Of a stretch of DNA of 32,381 bases, positions 16,813 through 26,454 are shown piece by piece. Numbering within the stretch: position 1 is the stretch's first letter; every line of letters starts with the position of its first letter. Where the stretch lies: positions 55,362 to 87,742 of the forward strand of contig DJWR01000085.1 of NCBI GenBank assembly GCA_002441055.1. Reading direction: 5' to 3'. The notes beneath the pieces were generated by a model that was not told the DNA's origin, searched no databases, and saw only the letters and a list, made by a program, of their open reading frames with translations. A program made the translations under genes and the position numbers. Source of the DNA: Caulobacteraceae bacterium UBA6225 (GTDB taxonomy: Bacteria; Pseudomonadota; Alphaproteobacteria; Caulobacterales; Caulobacteraceae).

Positions 16813-18264
16813 ATGGCCAGTCCCGATGTCTTCGTAACCCGGGTTCCAGCCCGGCTGGATCGTCTGCCCTGGAGCCGGTTCCACTGGCTGGTGGTGACGG
16901 CCCTTGGGGTCACCTGGATTCTTGACGGTCTGGAGGTCACCCTTGTGGGCTCCCTGTCACCTGCCATTGCCGGTGAAGGGGGGCTGAACCTGACGGCCAC
17001 ACAGGTGGGGCTGACCGGCAGCGCCTACATCCTCGGGGCCGTCATCGGCGCCTTGACCTTCGGCCGGCTGACCGACCGCTTTGGCCGCAAGAAGCTCTTC
17101 ACCGCTACGGTCTTCGTCTACATGGTCGCGACCATCGCTACCGGATTTTCCTGGGATTTTTGGTCCTTCATGGTGTTCCGGTTCCTGACCGGAGCCGGCA
17201 TCGGAGGCGAATACGGCGCCGTCAATTCCGCCATCCAAGAGCTGATTCCGGCCCGCCGACGGGGGTTCACCGATCTGGTCATCAATGGCAGCTTCTGGCT
17301 CGGCGCAGCTCTGGGGGCTCTGAGCGCCATATTCCTGCTGAACGCAGACTTCATCGATCCCGATTGGGGATGGCGACTGGCCTTTATCGTCGGCGGGACG
17401 ATGGCGCTCATTATCATCTGGATCCGGCGCTTCATGCCGGAGAGCCCCCGGTGGCTGATGACCCATGGCCGCGAGGCCGAAGCCGAGGCCATCATTGCCG
17501 AGATTGAAGCGCGGGTGGAGCGTGAGACCGGCCAGAAGCTGCCGCCGCAGGGTGATTTGTTGAGCCTGCGGCTTGTCCGCCGTCCCCCGACATCCTGGCT
17601 GGAGATCGCCAACACCCTGGTCAGACGCTATCGGCAGCGCACCGTCCTTGGGGTGGTGCTGATGGCCACTCAGGCCTTTTGTTACAACGCCATCTTCTTC
17701 ACATACGCCCTGATCCTGACCCGCTTCTATGGCGTCGCCCCAGCCAGCATCGGCTGGTTCATGCTCCCCTTCGCCCTCGGAAATTTCATGGGCCCCTTGC
17801 TGCTCGGCCGTCTGTTCGACAGCTGGGGACGTAGGCCGATGATCAGTCTGACCTATGGACTCGCCGGCGTGCTGATGTGCGTCACCGGCTGGCTTTTCAG
17901 CGTGGGGCTGTTGTCAGCGCCCGCCCAGACTGCGGCGTGGACGGTGATCTTCTTCTTCGCCTCCGCAGGCGCCAGCGCGGCCTATCTCACCATCGGCGAG
18001 ACCTTTCCCCTGGAGATCCGAGCCGTCACCATTTCCATGTTCTACGCCTTCGGAACGCTGGTGGGTGGCGTCGGCGGGCCGGTTCTGTTCGGCACCCTGA
18101 TCGACACCGGTGAACGCGGCCAGATTCTGTGGGGCTACCTCCTGGGCGGGGGGCTGATGGTTCTGGCGGCGCTTGTGGAGTTGTGGCTGGGCGTGGCGGC
18201 CGAGCGGAAGCCCCTGGAAGAGGTGGCGCCGCCCCTGTCTCAGGCCCCGCTGGATGCGCCCTAG
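16813..18264 (+). CDS. MFS transporter (sugar porter / aromatic acid:H+ symporter-like)
   Basis: RLDRLPWSRFHW, motif A GRLTDRFGRKK, RFLTGAGIGGEY, PESPRWL and ETFPLEIR; about 12 TM helices; GGGAGAG ribosome-binding site. Confidence 0.92.
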   Translation: MASPDVFVTRVPARLDRLPWSRFHWLVVTALGVTWILDGLEVTLVGSLSPAIAGEGGLNLTATQVGLTGSAYILGAVIGALTFGRLTDRFGRKKLFTATVFVYMVATIATGFSWDFWSFMVFRFLTGAGIGGEYGAVNSAIQELIPARRRGFTDLVINGSFWLGAALGALSAIFLLNADFIDPDWGWRLAFIVGGTMALIIIWIRRFMPESPRWLMTHGREAEAEAIIAEIEARVERETGQKLPPQGDLLSLRLVRRPPTSWLEIANTLVRRYRQRTVLGVVLMATQAFCYNAIFFTYALILTRFYGVAPASIGWFMLPFALGNFMGPLLLGRLFDSWGRRPMISLTYGLAGVLMCVTGWLFSVGLLSAPAQTAAWTVIFFFASAGASAAYLTIGETFPLEIRAVTISMFYAFGTLVGGVGGPVLFGTLIDTGERGQILWGYLLGGGLMVLAALVELWLGVAAERKPLEEVAPPLSQAPLDAP

Positions 18265-18368
18265 ACCAGGCGCGCACCGCCGCGGCCCAATGACGTACGG
18301 GTTGATATTGAGCACGAACACGGAGACAAAAGAACAGGCTTGAGCCTGTCAGCTGGAGACGCTGCGCG

Positions 18369-20882
18369 ATGAAGTCTCTGACCCGCCAGTTTTTGGTAAG
18401 TATTGGGTTTACCACACTATCCCTGACTGTATTGGCGGCGGCCATTGCAGCCATGATTTTTCAGAGCGAGCTTACCCAACGCCAGGTCGATTTCCTTGGC
18501 GACTATGTGCGTGAGCGCAGCCTCAATCTGGATCGTCGCTTCGCATCACTGACAGCGCTTCAGGTCGCCGCCGCCAAAGAGCTGGAGCGTCGAACCCTGG
18601 CCTTAGGACCCGGTGAGGCCGAGCGGCTTGCGGATCAGTACTTCCCACTGCGGGCAGACGGCACCCGTCGAAGCCGCCCTGAATACTATGACGGGATCGC
18701 TCGGCCCGATGGCGGGTTCGTCTATGGGATGGGCGCCTTCATTCGCGAGGCCGAAGCGACGCCGCCGCTGGAGCTGGCTGCGCTTGCTGCAAGCTTCAGC
18801 GTGGTTTCAGACCTGGGGCAGGCCGCCAGCGCTGATCTGGACAACTTCTATTTCTTCACGCCGGCCACCCGACTGGTCATGTTCGGGCCCAAGCGTCCCG
18901 ACAGGCTGATGTTTTATCGCGAGCACGCCCCCGCTGATCTGGACGTCAGCGGCGAGGAGATGACGCAGATTACGCTTCCGGCCAACAACCCCAGGGGCGA
19001 GACCCGGTGCACCGGATTGCAGCGGTTGGTGCAGGAAGCCGATCCTCAGCTGCGGCTGGGGTCGGCCTGCGTCACGCCAGCCTTCGTCGACGGCCAGTTC
19101 GTGGGGGCGTTCGGCTCCTCCATCGAGCTGACAGGCCTATTTCTGAGCGCTGTGCGTGAGACCTTACCGGGCGCGACGGCGATGATCATGACCCGGGACG
19201 GCGAGATCATTGCAGACGAGGCCTTTGGCCTGGAAGGCGCGACCTCGGCGGGTGAGGTCACCGCCCTGGAGCAGAAGACCGGGACCCTGGAGATCGCCAA
19301 GGTCATAAGGAGTCACCCCGACCGCTTTGGGGTCATGGACAGCCCTGACGGCTCAGCCATCATCGCCTTTGGTCGTTTGAGCATGGCCGACTGGAATCTG
19401 CTGCTGGTCTATCCCAAGCGCGCCCTGATGATCAGCGCGGCGCAGTCGGCGGCCTGGGTTCTTCTGCTCGGCGGCGTGGCGGCGGTTCTGCAGGCCTTGC
19501 TGATGATCTTCCTGGCGCGCAGGCACATCACAGGCCCCGTGCAGCGCCTGGCCGATTCCTGCGACCCTGATCTGCCTCCGCCCTCGGCGGCGAGCAGGGC
19601 CGCCGACGAGGCCCGTCAGGATGAGATTGGCCTGTTGGCGCGAGCCTTGGCGCATGAGCGGGCCAAGGCTGAGAGCGCGCGCGTCGGACTGGAAGACCGG
19701 GTGCGGGAGCGGACCGCCGAGCTCGAGCGCGCCAATGCGGAGAAGTCCCGCTTTCTGGCCAATATGAGCCACGAATTGCGAACCCCCCTCAACGGGGTGA
19801 TCGCGATCTCACAGGCATTGAGGGAACGTCAGACTGATCCAAGGGACCAGGAGCTTGCGGAGTTGATCGTCTCATCCGGACGGCTGCTGGAGCAGGTCCT
19901 GACGGACATTCTCGACTTCTCCAGCATTGAGGCTGGGCGCATCCGATTGGCGCGTGAGGCCTTTGACATGGAGGCCCTGGTCGGCCGTATCGCCGAGCTT
20001 CATCGAGCCGCGGCGGAGGAGAAGGGACTGGGGCTGAACTGGTCCGTCAGTTCCGATGCGAAGGGCGCCTATCTAGGAGACGCAGTCCGGCTCACCCAGG
20101 TCCTGTCAAACCTGCTGAGCAATGCTGTGAAATTCACCGAGGTCGGTGAGGTCAGTCTGACCGTCGGCCGGCAGGGGCAGGCCGTCGAAATCATCGTGCG
20201 GGACACAGGCATCGGCTTTGACGACGCCGTTCGCAGCCGTCTGTTCCGCCGGTTTGAACAGGCTGATGATTCCATCAGCCGCCGCTTTGGGGGGGCGGGC
20301 CTGGGCCTAGCCATCAGTCGCTCGCTTGTGGACCTGATGGGCGGGGAGATCACGGCCTCTTCGACCCCAGGGCAGGGATCGGTGTTTTGCGTCACCCTGG
20401 TCCTTCCGCGCGCCGACATGCCAGACCCGATCGAGGATCCGCCAGCGGCGACGGCGCAGGAGGCCCCCCTGGGCGAACTGCGAATCCTGCTCGCCGAAGA
20501 CCATCCGACCAACCAGAAGGTCGTCCAGCTGATCCTCGGGGCGGTGGGACTGACCCCCGTGGTCGTGGAAGATGGACAGGCGGCCCTGGACGCCATGGCG
20601 GCCGCGCCCTTCGACGTTGTGCTGATGGATATGCAGATGCCGGTTCTCGACGGGTTGAGCGCCACGGCTGAAATCCGCCGCCGAGAGGCCGCTCTAGGAA
20701 AGCCGCGGACCCCCGTCATTATGCTGACCGCCAACGCCCTGGAAGAACATGTACAAGCCGGGCAGGCCGCCGGCGGCGACTGGCACCTGTCCAAGCCCAT
20801 CCGGGCGGAGGATCTGCTAGGCGCCATCGCGGCGGTGACGGAGGCGTCGAACAATCCACAGAAAGCCGCAGCGACGCCTTAG
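18369..20882 (+). CDS. Membrane-bound hybrid sensor histidine kinase (TM-periplasmic sensor-TM-HAMP-HisKA-HATPase-REC)
   Basis: H box FLANMSHELRTPLNG, N box NLLSNAVKFT, G1 DTGIG, G2 GAGLGL, and receiver LLAEDH...VLMDMQMP...MLTA...KP. Two TM helices flank a large periplasmic domain. Confidence 0.93.
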   Translation: MKSLTRQFLVSIGFTTLSLTVLAAAIAAMIFQSELTQRQVDFLGDYVRERSLNLDRRFASLTALQVAAAKELERRTLALGPGEAERLADQYFPLRADGTRRSRPEYYDGIARPDGGFVYGMGAFIREAEATPPLELAALAASFSVVSDLGQAASADLDNFYFFTPATRLVMFGPKRPDRLMFYREHAPADLDVSGEEMTQITLPANNPRGETRCTGLQRLVQEADPQLRLGSACVTPAFVDGQFVGAFGSSIELTGLFLSAVRETLPGATAMIMTRDGEIIADEAFGLEGATSAGEVTALEQKTGTLEIAKVIRSHPDRFGVMDSPDGSAIIAFGRLSMADWNLLLVYPKRALMISAAQSAAWVLLLGGVAAVLQALLMIFLARRHITGPVQRLADSCDPDLPPPSAASRAADEARQDEIGLLARALAHERAKAESARVGLEDRVRERTAELERANAEKSRFLANMSHELRTPLNGVIAISQALRERQTDPRDQELAELIVSSGRLLEQVLTDILDFSSIEAGRIRLAREAFDMEALVGRIAELHRAAAEEKGLGLNWSVSSDAKGAYLGDAVRLTQVLSNLLSNAVKFTEVGEVSLTVGRQGQAVEIIVRDTGIGFDDAVRSRLFRRFEQADDSISRRFGGAGLGLAISRSLVDLMGGEITASSTPGQGSVFCVTLVLPRADMPDPIEDPPAATAQEAPLGELRILLAEDHPTNQKVVQLILGAVGLTPVVVEDGQAALDAMAAAPFDVVLMDMQMPVLDGLSATAEIRRREAALGKPRTPVIMLTANALEEHVQAGQAAGGDWHLSKPIRAEDLLGAIAAVTEASNNPQKAAATP

Positions 20883-20930
20883 GGGGCTGGAGCTAAATGG
20901 GGGCCGTCGGCATTATAGCTGTGGCCGCCC

Positions 20931-23900
20931 GTGACCCAAAATCGCTCAACAGATCATCCGACGGGCTCTCCCGTCCCCGCCCCGGGGTCCCGCCAAGGCC
21001 GCCGACGTGGTGTGCTGTGGCTGGTCGTCGTCCTTGTCCTGGCCCTCAGCACGGCCCTGGTGATCAGCTATCTCGCCCGTCGGGTTTTGGCCCGTGAGGC
21101 GCTGATCGCCTGGCTGAACGGACGGGGGGTCGAAGCCGAAGCCAGCTTTGAAACCCTCGGACCCCGGGGACTGGAGGGAGGGCTGCGTATTGGTCCTGCT
21201 GACGCGCCGATCCTGGAGACCGAGCGGGCGGTCATCACCTACCGGTTCACCGGACCCTGGTCTGGACGCAGGTTTGGAGTGGAGGTTGAGCGGCTCGAAC
21301 TGTTTGCGCCGATGATTTCCGTTGACTGGACATCTGACGGGCCAAGCCTGGGGGCCCTCGATCCCCTGATCGCGGAGTTTCGCAGCCGGCCCTCCAGGCC
21401 TGACGCCGCTGCGCCTGACATCGTCGTTCACGATGGCCTGCTGCGCATCACCCATGCCGCCGGGCAGGCGCGTATTCACGCCGACGCCACCATGAGGGAG
21501 GGGGTGCTCGTCGCCCTCGTTGGCCGGCTTGAGCCCACTCACCTGGAATTTGACGACCTTTCCCTGCAGTTGAATGGCGCGCGCCTGGGCCTCGTCACGC
21601 GAGATGGGCGCAGCAGCCTGAGCCTCGCCGGCGCGCTGACGTCAGGACGGCTTGGCGACGTTTCGGTGGGGCCTGGGGCGCTTTCAGCGGCGGTCAACGC
21701 CCCCTATCCCCAGGCTTCGACGCCCCTTGGGCAGGGTCCGATCACCGCGGTGGCCACCCTCAAGGCGAGGAGCCTGAGCCGCGACGGTGATGGGGCCAGG
21801 ATGCTTCAGGCGTCGGGAAGCTTCCAGGGGCGAGCTGATGGCGGCTTGGAGGCCCTTGCCCTCAGGGGCGAGACCAGTTTGCGCGCCGATGTTGAGCAGG
21901 CCAAGGTCGGCGACCTCCGGTTCGAGGCCCTCACGGTATCGGTCCAGGACCCCGAGCTGACCTGGCGGCGCGGCTCTGAAGGGGCGCAATTGGACGCGGT
22001 GCGGCTGGCTCTGACCGGCGTTGGCGTTCGGGCCGGGGCGCTGAACCTCACGAAGGTGGCGTCCAAGATGACCGGGTCGATCTCAGCCAGGCCAGGGCGG
22101 TTCGAGGCCGCACTTCGTGGTCCGGTCAGCCTTTCGGGCGGATGGACCGGCCTTGGTCCGACCCAAGCCGATGACGTGGACACCCTGGCGGCGATCAAGC
22201 ACGCCGCGCGAGCCTTCAGCCTCACGGCTCCGTCAGTGGCCCTGAGATTCGGGCCGAACGGCCTTCAGTTGGGCCTTAACGGGCCCATGCGTGTGACGTC
22301 TGCAAGCGGGGGACGGGCGACTCTGACCGCTCACAATGGTGAGGTGATCTATGCTGATGGCGCCGGCGCCTTTGACCTGAAGATCGCGGGCGGAGGCCTT
22401 CCAGAACTCGACGCGAAGGTCGCGAGCTATCAGCTCAGCGCCGGCGAGGTCACTGGGCAGACGTGGCTCTCGGCTACAACCGACTTTGGGCCCTTGGAGG
22501 GCCTCAGCGCAACTCTTGACGGGCGGTTCGCCATCGGCGGGGCCGGGGCAAGCCTCTACGCTGACACCTGTGCGCCGGTCCGTATCATTCGGTTCGAGGC
22601 CGGTGAGACCAGCGTCGATGATATCAGCTTCAACCTCTGCCCTGGCGCAGCCCCGCTTCTCAGGAGCAAGGGCGGTCAGTGGGCTGTTCAAGGGCGTGTG
22701 CGGAACGCCGCTGCGCAGGTTCCTTTCCTGCAAGCGGGACTTGCTATGGGGCAGGCCGATCTCCGTTTTGGGAGCGAGCCTTCAGGATTGTCCGTCCAGG
22801 CGAAGGTGACGGGCGGCGAATTGGTCGACACTTCAGAGGGCCCGCGGTTCAATCCCCTGGAGGTTGCAGGGACGATCAGCCTTGGGGCGAACGCCTGGCG
22901 CGGCGATCTCATGCTGTCCTCCGAGGGGCGTCCGGTCGGGGCGGCTCAGCTGGCGCACAACGGGGCGACAGGCGCCGGCGGCGTCGATGTGGACACCGGG
23001 ACCTTGGTCTTCGAAGAGGGCGGGTTGCAACCCCTCGACCTTTCGCCCCTCGCGACGGCCATCGGATCGCCCGCGACGGGGCGCGCGCAGTTTATCGGGG
23101 GTTTCGACTGGGGACGCCAGGGGACCCAAAGCGACGGACGCCTTTCGGTGCTCGATCTCGATTTCGTCAGTCCGGCCGGGAAAATTCTTGGCCTGTCGGG
23201 AGACCTCGACTTCACCAGTCTAGCCCCGTTGGAGACCGCCCCTGGGCAGCAACTCACCGCGCGAGAACTGGAGCTTCTGGCGCCGCTGGCTACGCCGCAG
23301 GTCACCTTCCAGCTTTTGGGGCAAAGCCTGGAGGTCGCCGGTGGGGCGGTGAGCGTCGGGGGCGGAACGGTGCGAGTCGAACCGATGAGCGTGCCGTTCG
23401 ATGGTGACCAGTCGTGGAGAGGCGAGTTGGTCGTCGAGGGCGTCCAGCTGGCTGATATTGTCCAAGCGACACCGTTTGCTGACCGGGTGTCCTTGTCTGC
23501 TCGGGTGAGCGGCCGCTTGCCCTTTATCATGGGGCCGGAAAGCTTCCGGATCGTTCAGGGCCGGCTTGGGGCTATCGAGCCAGGACGCCTCTCGATCCGT
23601 CGCGCGGCTCTGACCGACGTCAACGCCTCCGGCGGGGAGGCCAACGCCGCTGTCGAAGGCTTGGTGGACGAGGCGCCGCTCACACCTGCCAGCGAGACCA
23701 ACACCGCCGTTGATTTCGCCTATCAGGCTATGGAGCATCTCGCCTTCGACCTACTGGACGCGGAGGTCAACAGCCTGCCGGGCGGGCGCCTGGGCGTCCT
23801 GTTCCGTGTGCGTGGCGAGCATAGTCCCCCCGAGCGCCAGGAAATTCGTCTGACCCTGGGCGAGCTCATCGCCCGCGACTTCTTGAACCGCGAGCTGCCC

Positions 23901-24029
23901 CTACCATCGGGGACCAAGGTCGATTTGACGCTGGACACATCCCTCAACCTGGATCAGCTCTTGTCTGACTATGCGCAGGCGCAGGCCGCCCGCGGTTCAG
24001 GCGAGGTTCAGGCCCCTGAGCCAGACTAG
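20931..24029 (+). CDS. ydbH: YdbH family AsmA-like intermembrane lipid-transport protein
   Basis: N-terminal TM anchor, long Gly-rich beta-strand body, C-terminal VSGRLPF...AMEHLAFDLLDAEVNS block; directly upstream of ynbE- and ydbL-like genes. GTG start approximate. Confidence 0.8.
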   Translation: MTQNRSTDHPTGSPVPAPGSRQGRRRGVLWLVVVLVLALSTALVISYLARRVLAREALIAWLNGRGVEAEASFETLGPRGLEGGLRIGPADAPILETERAVITYRFTGPWSGRRFGVEVERLELFAPMISVDWTSDGPSLGALDPLIAEFRSRPSRPDAAAPDIVVHDGLLRITHAAGQARIHADATMREGVLVALVGRLEPTHLEFDDLSLQLNGARLGLVTRDGRSSLSLAGALTSGRLGDVSVGPGALSAAVNAPYPQASTPLGQGPITAVATLKARSLSRDGDGARMLQASGSFQGRADGGLEALALRGETSLRADVEQAKVGDLRFEALTVSVQDPELTWRRGSEGAQLDAVRLALTGVGVRAGALNLTKVASKMTGSISARPGRFEAALRGPVSLSGGWTGLGPTQADDVDTLAAIKHAARAFSLTAPSVALRFGPNGLQLGLNGPMRVTSASGGRATLTAHNGEVIYADGAGAFDLKIAGGGLPELDAKVASYQLSAGEVTGQTWLSATTDFGPLEGLSATLDGRFAIGGAGASLYADTCAPVRIIRFEAGETSVDDISFNLCPGAAPLLRSKGGQWAVQGRVRNAAAQVPFLQAGLAMGQADLRFGSEPSGLSVQAKVTGGELVDTSEGPRFNPLEVAGTISLGANAWRGDLMLSSEGRPVGAAQLAHNGATGAGGVDVDTGTLVFEEGGLQPLDLSPLATAIGSPATGRAQFIGGFDWGRQGTQSDGRLSVLDLDFVSPAGKILGLSGDLDFTSLAPLETAPGQQLTARELELLAPLATPQVTFQLLGQSLEVAGGAVSVGGGTVRVEPMSVPFDGDQSWRGELVVEGVQLADIVQATPFADRVSLSARVSGRLPFIMGPESFRIVQGRLGAIEPGRLSIRRAALTDVNASGGEANAAVEGLVDEAPLTPASETNTAVDFAYQAMEHLAFDLLDAEVNSLPGGRLGVLFRVRGEHSPPERQEIRLTLGELIARDFLNRELPLPSGTKVDLTLDTSLNLDQLLSDYAQAQAARGSGEVQAPEPD

Positions 24030-24062
24030 ATATCCACAGACACCGACCCGAGGAGCCGCATC

Positions 24063-24260
24063 TTGATAACTCCAACGCGAAAGATCACAGGGGCGGTCCT
24101 CGGGGCCGCTGTTCTCGCCGCTGGGCTGAGCGCCTGCGCGCCCACGGTGCGAGTGCAGGTCGATCCAATCACCATCTATGCGAAGCTCGACGCTGATGTG
24201 CGCGTGCGCCTGGACGAGGACGTCAAGGCGCTGATCCAGCAGAATCCGAACCTGTTCTAG
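24063..24260 (+). CDS. ynbE: YnbE family lipoprotein
   Basis: LSAC lipobox, then APTVRVQVDPITIYAKLDADVRVRLDEDVKALIQQNPNLF; GAGGAG ribosome-binding site before TTG. Confidence 0.85.
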   Translation: MITPTRKITGAVLGAAVLAAGLSACAPTVRVQVDPITIYAKLDADVRVRLDEDVKALIQQNPNLF

Positions 24261-24270
24261 GGGAATATTG

Positions 24271-24651
24271 ATGACCCGAATGAAGTATCTGATCCTTGCC
24301 GCCGCCATTCTCGGCGGGGCCGGAGTCGCCACTGTCGGCCTCAGCGCCGGCGCGGCCCTTGCTCAGACCGCCCAGGCAAAAGCCTTGGTGGACGCCGCAA
24401 AGGCCAAGGGCGTTGTCGGAGAGCGGAACGATGGCCTCCTGGGCTTTGTCGTGGAAACCGCCGATCCCGCCTTGGAGGCCGCAGTCAACGAGATCAATGC
24501 CGGCCGCTCGCAGCTCTACCGTCAGGCCGCAGCCCGCAACAATGTGACTGTCGCGGCGGCGGGGGCGGCAGCCTTCACCGAGGTGGTGAGCACTCGGCTG
24601 CGTCCCGGAGAATACTACCAGTCCTCCACCGGCGCCTGGGTTCAGAAATAA
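24271..24651 (+). CDS. ydbL: YdbL family (DUF1318) periplasmic protein
   Basis: Signal peptide, then AKAKGVVGERNDGLLGFV, EINAGRSQLY and GEYYQSSTGAWVQK. Confidence 0.88.
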   Translation: MTRMKYLILAAAILGGAGVATVGLSAGAALAQTAQAKALVDAAKAKGVVGERNDGLLGFVVETADPALEAAVNEINAGRSQLYRQAAARNNVTVAAAGAAAFTEVVSTRLRPGEYYQSSTGAWVQK

Positions 24652-24667
24652 CCTCTGACCCGCCACC

Positions 24668-26041
24668 ATGACCATTGAGCCTGCGCGAATCCGCCCCCTC
24701 AAGGATGCTCCAGAACATCCTGAGGGGCGGTACGTCCTGTACTGGATGCAGTCCTCCCAGCGGGCCGATTTCAACCCGGCGCTGGAACATGCCCTGGATC
24801 TGGCGAACCAACGGAATCTGCCGTTGCTCGTGGGGTTTGGCCTGACGGATGACTATCCCGAGGCCAATGCCCGACACTATGCCTTCATGCTGGAGGGGCT
24901 CGCCGAAGTGCGCCGTCGCCTGCAGGCGAGGGGGATCAGCTTCGCAATCAGACGCGGGGATCCCGACGCCGTGGCGCTTGAGCTCTCTCGTGAGGCGGCC
25001 GTGGTCGTCTGCGATGCCGGTTATCTCAGGGTTCAACGCCTTTGGCGCAGGCGGCTGGCGGAGGCCCTTGATCGCCCCCTGATCCGGGTTGAGGGGGACA
25101 TCGTTGCGCCCATCGCCCAAGTCTCGAAGAAGCATGAGTATGCGGCGCGGACCATCCGTCCCCGGGTCCAGAGGGTCATGGACGATTATATCGTCCCGCT
25201 GAAGCCCCGCCCGGTGGCCTGCCCGGGTGATCTGGCCGTTCGATCGGACTTTGACCTAGACAATATTGCGCAGGTTCTTGAGGGGTTGCGCCTGGATAGG
25301 ACATGTCCCCCGGTCAGGCGCTTCAAGGGCGGCGAAGGCGAGGCGCGCCAACGGCTGGCCCGGTTCATCGATCATGGTCTGGCCGCCTATGGCGAGGCTC
25401 GCGGCAAGCCCGAGGCTGAAGTCGTCTCCTATCTCAGCCCATACCTTCACTTTGGACAGATCTCGCCTGTGGAGATCGCGCTGGCGGTCCGCAGCGCCCA
25501 GTCCGGCGCGCCGAATTCCCGTGCGACCTATCTTGAGGAACTTATCGTTCGACGAGAACTGGCGATCAATCATGCCTGGCACTGCGCCGACTATGATCGC
25601 TACGACGGGTTGCCCGAGTGGGCGAAGGCTACATTGCAGGCCCATTCCGACGATCCACGCCCGTATCTCTATAGCGCAGAGGCGTTTGAGCAGGCCCAGA
25701 CCCACGATCGATACTGGAATGCGGCCATGACCGAGATGAAGGTCACTGGCTACATGCACAATCGTCTTCGCATGTACTGGGGGAAGAAAATCCTGCAGTG
25801 GTCTGAAACACCTGAAGAAGCCTTCGCCACCACCCTAGCGCTCAACAACCGTTATCTCCTCGACGGGCGCGACGCCAATTCCTACACCAATGTGGGTTGG
25901 ATCTTTGGTCTGCATGACCGTCCATGGCCCACCCAGCCGGTTTTCGGGACGGTCAGGTCGATGGGCCCCAACACCTTCAAAAGCTTCAACGCCGATGCCT
26001 ATGTGGCTCAGGTCGCCCGACTTGGGGCGATGGAGGACTGA
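24668..26041 (+). CDS. Deoxyribodipyrimidine photolyase, class II CPD type
   Basis: YVLYWMQSSQRADFNPAL, SYLSPYLHFGQIS, LEELIVRRELA, GYMHNRLRMYWGKKILQWS and LNNRYLLDGRDANSY...HDRPW...FGTVRSM are class II C-terminal signatures. Confidence 0.9.
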   Translation: MTIEPARIRPLKDAPEHPEGRYVLYWMQSSQRADFNPALEHALDLANQRNLPLLVGFGLTDDYPEANARHYAFMLEGLAEVRRRLQARGISFAIRRGDPDAVALELSREAAVVVCDAGYLRVQRLWRRRLAEALDRPLIRVEGDIVAPIAQVSKKHEYAARTIRPRVQRVMDDYIVPLKPRPVACPGDLAVRSDFDLDNIAQVLEGLRLDRTCPPVRRFKGGEGEARQRLARFIDHGLAAYGEARGKPEAEVVSYLSPYLHFGQISPVEIALAVRSAQSGAPNSRATYLEELIVRRELAINHAWHCADYDRYDGLPEWAKATLQAHSDDPRPYLYSAEAFEQAQTHDRYWNAAMTEMKVTGYMHNRLRMYWGKKILQWSETPEEAFATTLALNNRYLLDGRDANSYTNVGWIFGLHDRPWPTQPVFGTVRSMGPNTFKSFNADAYVAQVARLGAMED

Positions 26042-26081
26042 CCCCGGAGGCGATGCTGCGCGCGCGCAATCCGCAAGACTC

Positions 26082-26420
26082 TCAAGGGGTAGGGGCTGGG
26101 CTGCACGCAGCAGGAACCGGATCGCAATCTCCCCCGAGAACGCCACAGCAATCGGTCATCAGAAATCCGGCAAGGTCCTGAACCCGGCCCAGTTCAGCCC
26201 TGTAGATGATCGAGCGGCTACGCCGCTCTGAGCTGACCAAGCCCGCACGACTGAGGACAGCGAGATGGGCGGACATGGTGTTGGCCGGGGCGCCCATGGC
26301 CTGGGCGATCTCCCCCGCCGGCAGCCCCTGCGGTTCATGCCGGACAAGAAGCCGGAAGGTCTCCAGGCGGGTGGCCTGGGCGAGGGCGGCGAAGGCCGAT
26401 ATGGCGGCAGCGGGTTCCAT
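26082..26420 (-). CDS. arsR: ArsR/SmtB family metalloregulator with C-terminal cysteine cluster
   Basis: FAALAQATRLETFRLLV...GLPAGEIA...NTMSAHLAVLSRAGLV..ERRSRSIIYRA, with C-terminal DCCGVLGGDC. Start trimmed to ATG 26420. Confidence 0.88.
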   Translation of the reverse strand: MEPAAAISAFAALAQATRLETFRLLVRHEPQGLPAGEIAQAMGAPANTMSAHLAVLSRAGLVSSERRSRSIIYRAELGRVQDLAGFLMTDCCGVLGGDCDPVPAACSPAPTP

Positions 26421-26454
26421 GGTTCCACTATCGATGAAGCGCCCTGAGGAGCAA
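26421..26454 (-). promoter_or_regulatory. Putative sigma70 promoter for leaderless arsR
   Basis: On the - strand: TTGCTC-N16-GATAGT-N6-ATG, with no Shine-Dalgarno sequence. Confidence 0.4.

Noticed and set aside
7359..18300. Identical 11-mer ATGACGTACGG in two intergenic regions (7359-7369 and 18290-18300)
   Set aside because: There are only two copies and the flanks differ. Roughly one shared 11-mer is expected by chance among a few kb of intergenic DNA, so it would need cross-species conservation to be credible.
24560..24667. sigmaE-type promoter for the photolyase (photolyase and cfa share that regulon in relatives)
   Set aside because: No TGATCC...CGTA-like motif is visible upstream of ATG 24668.
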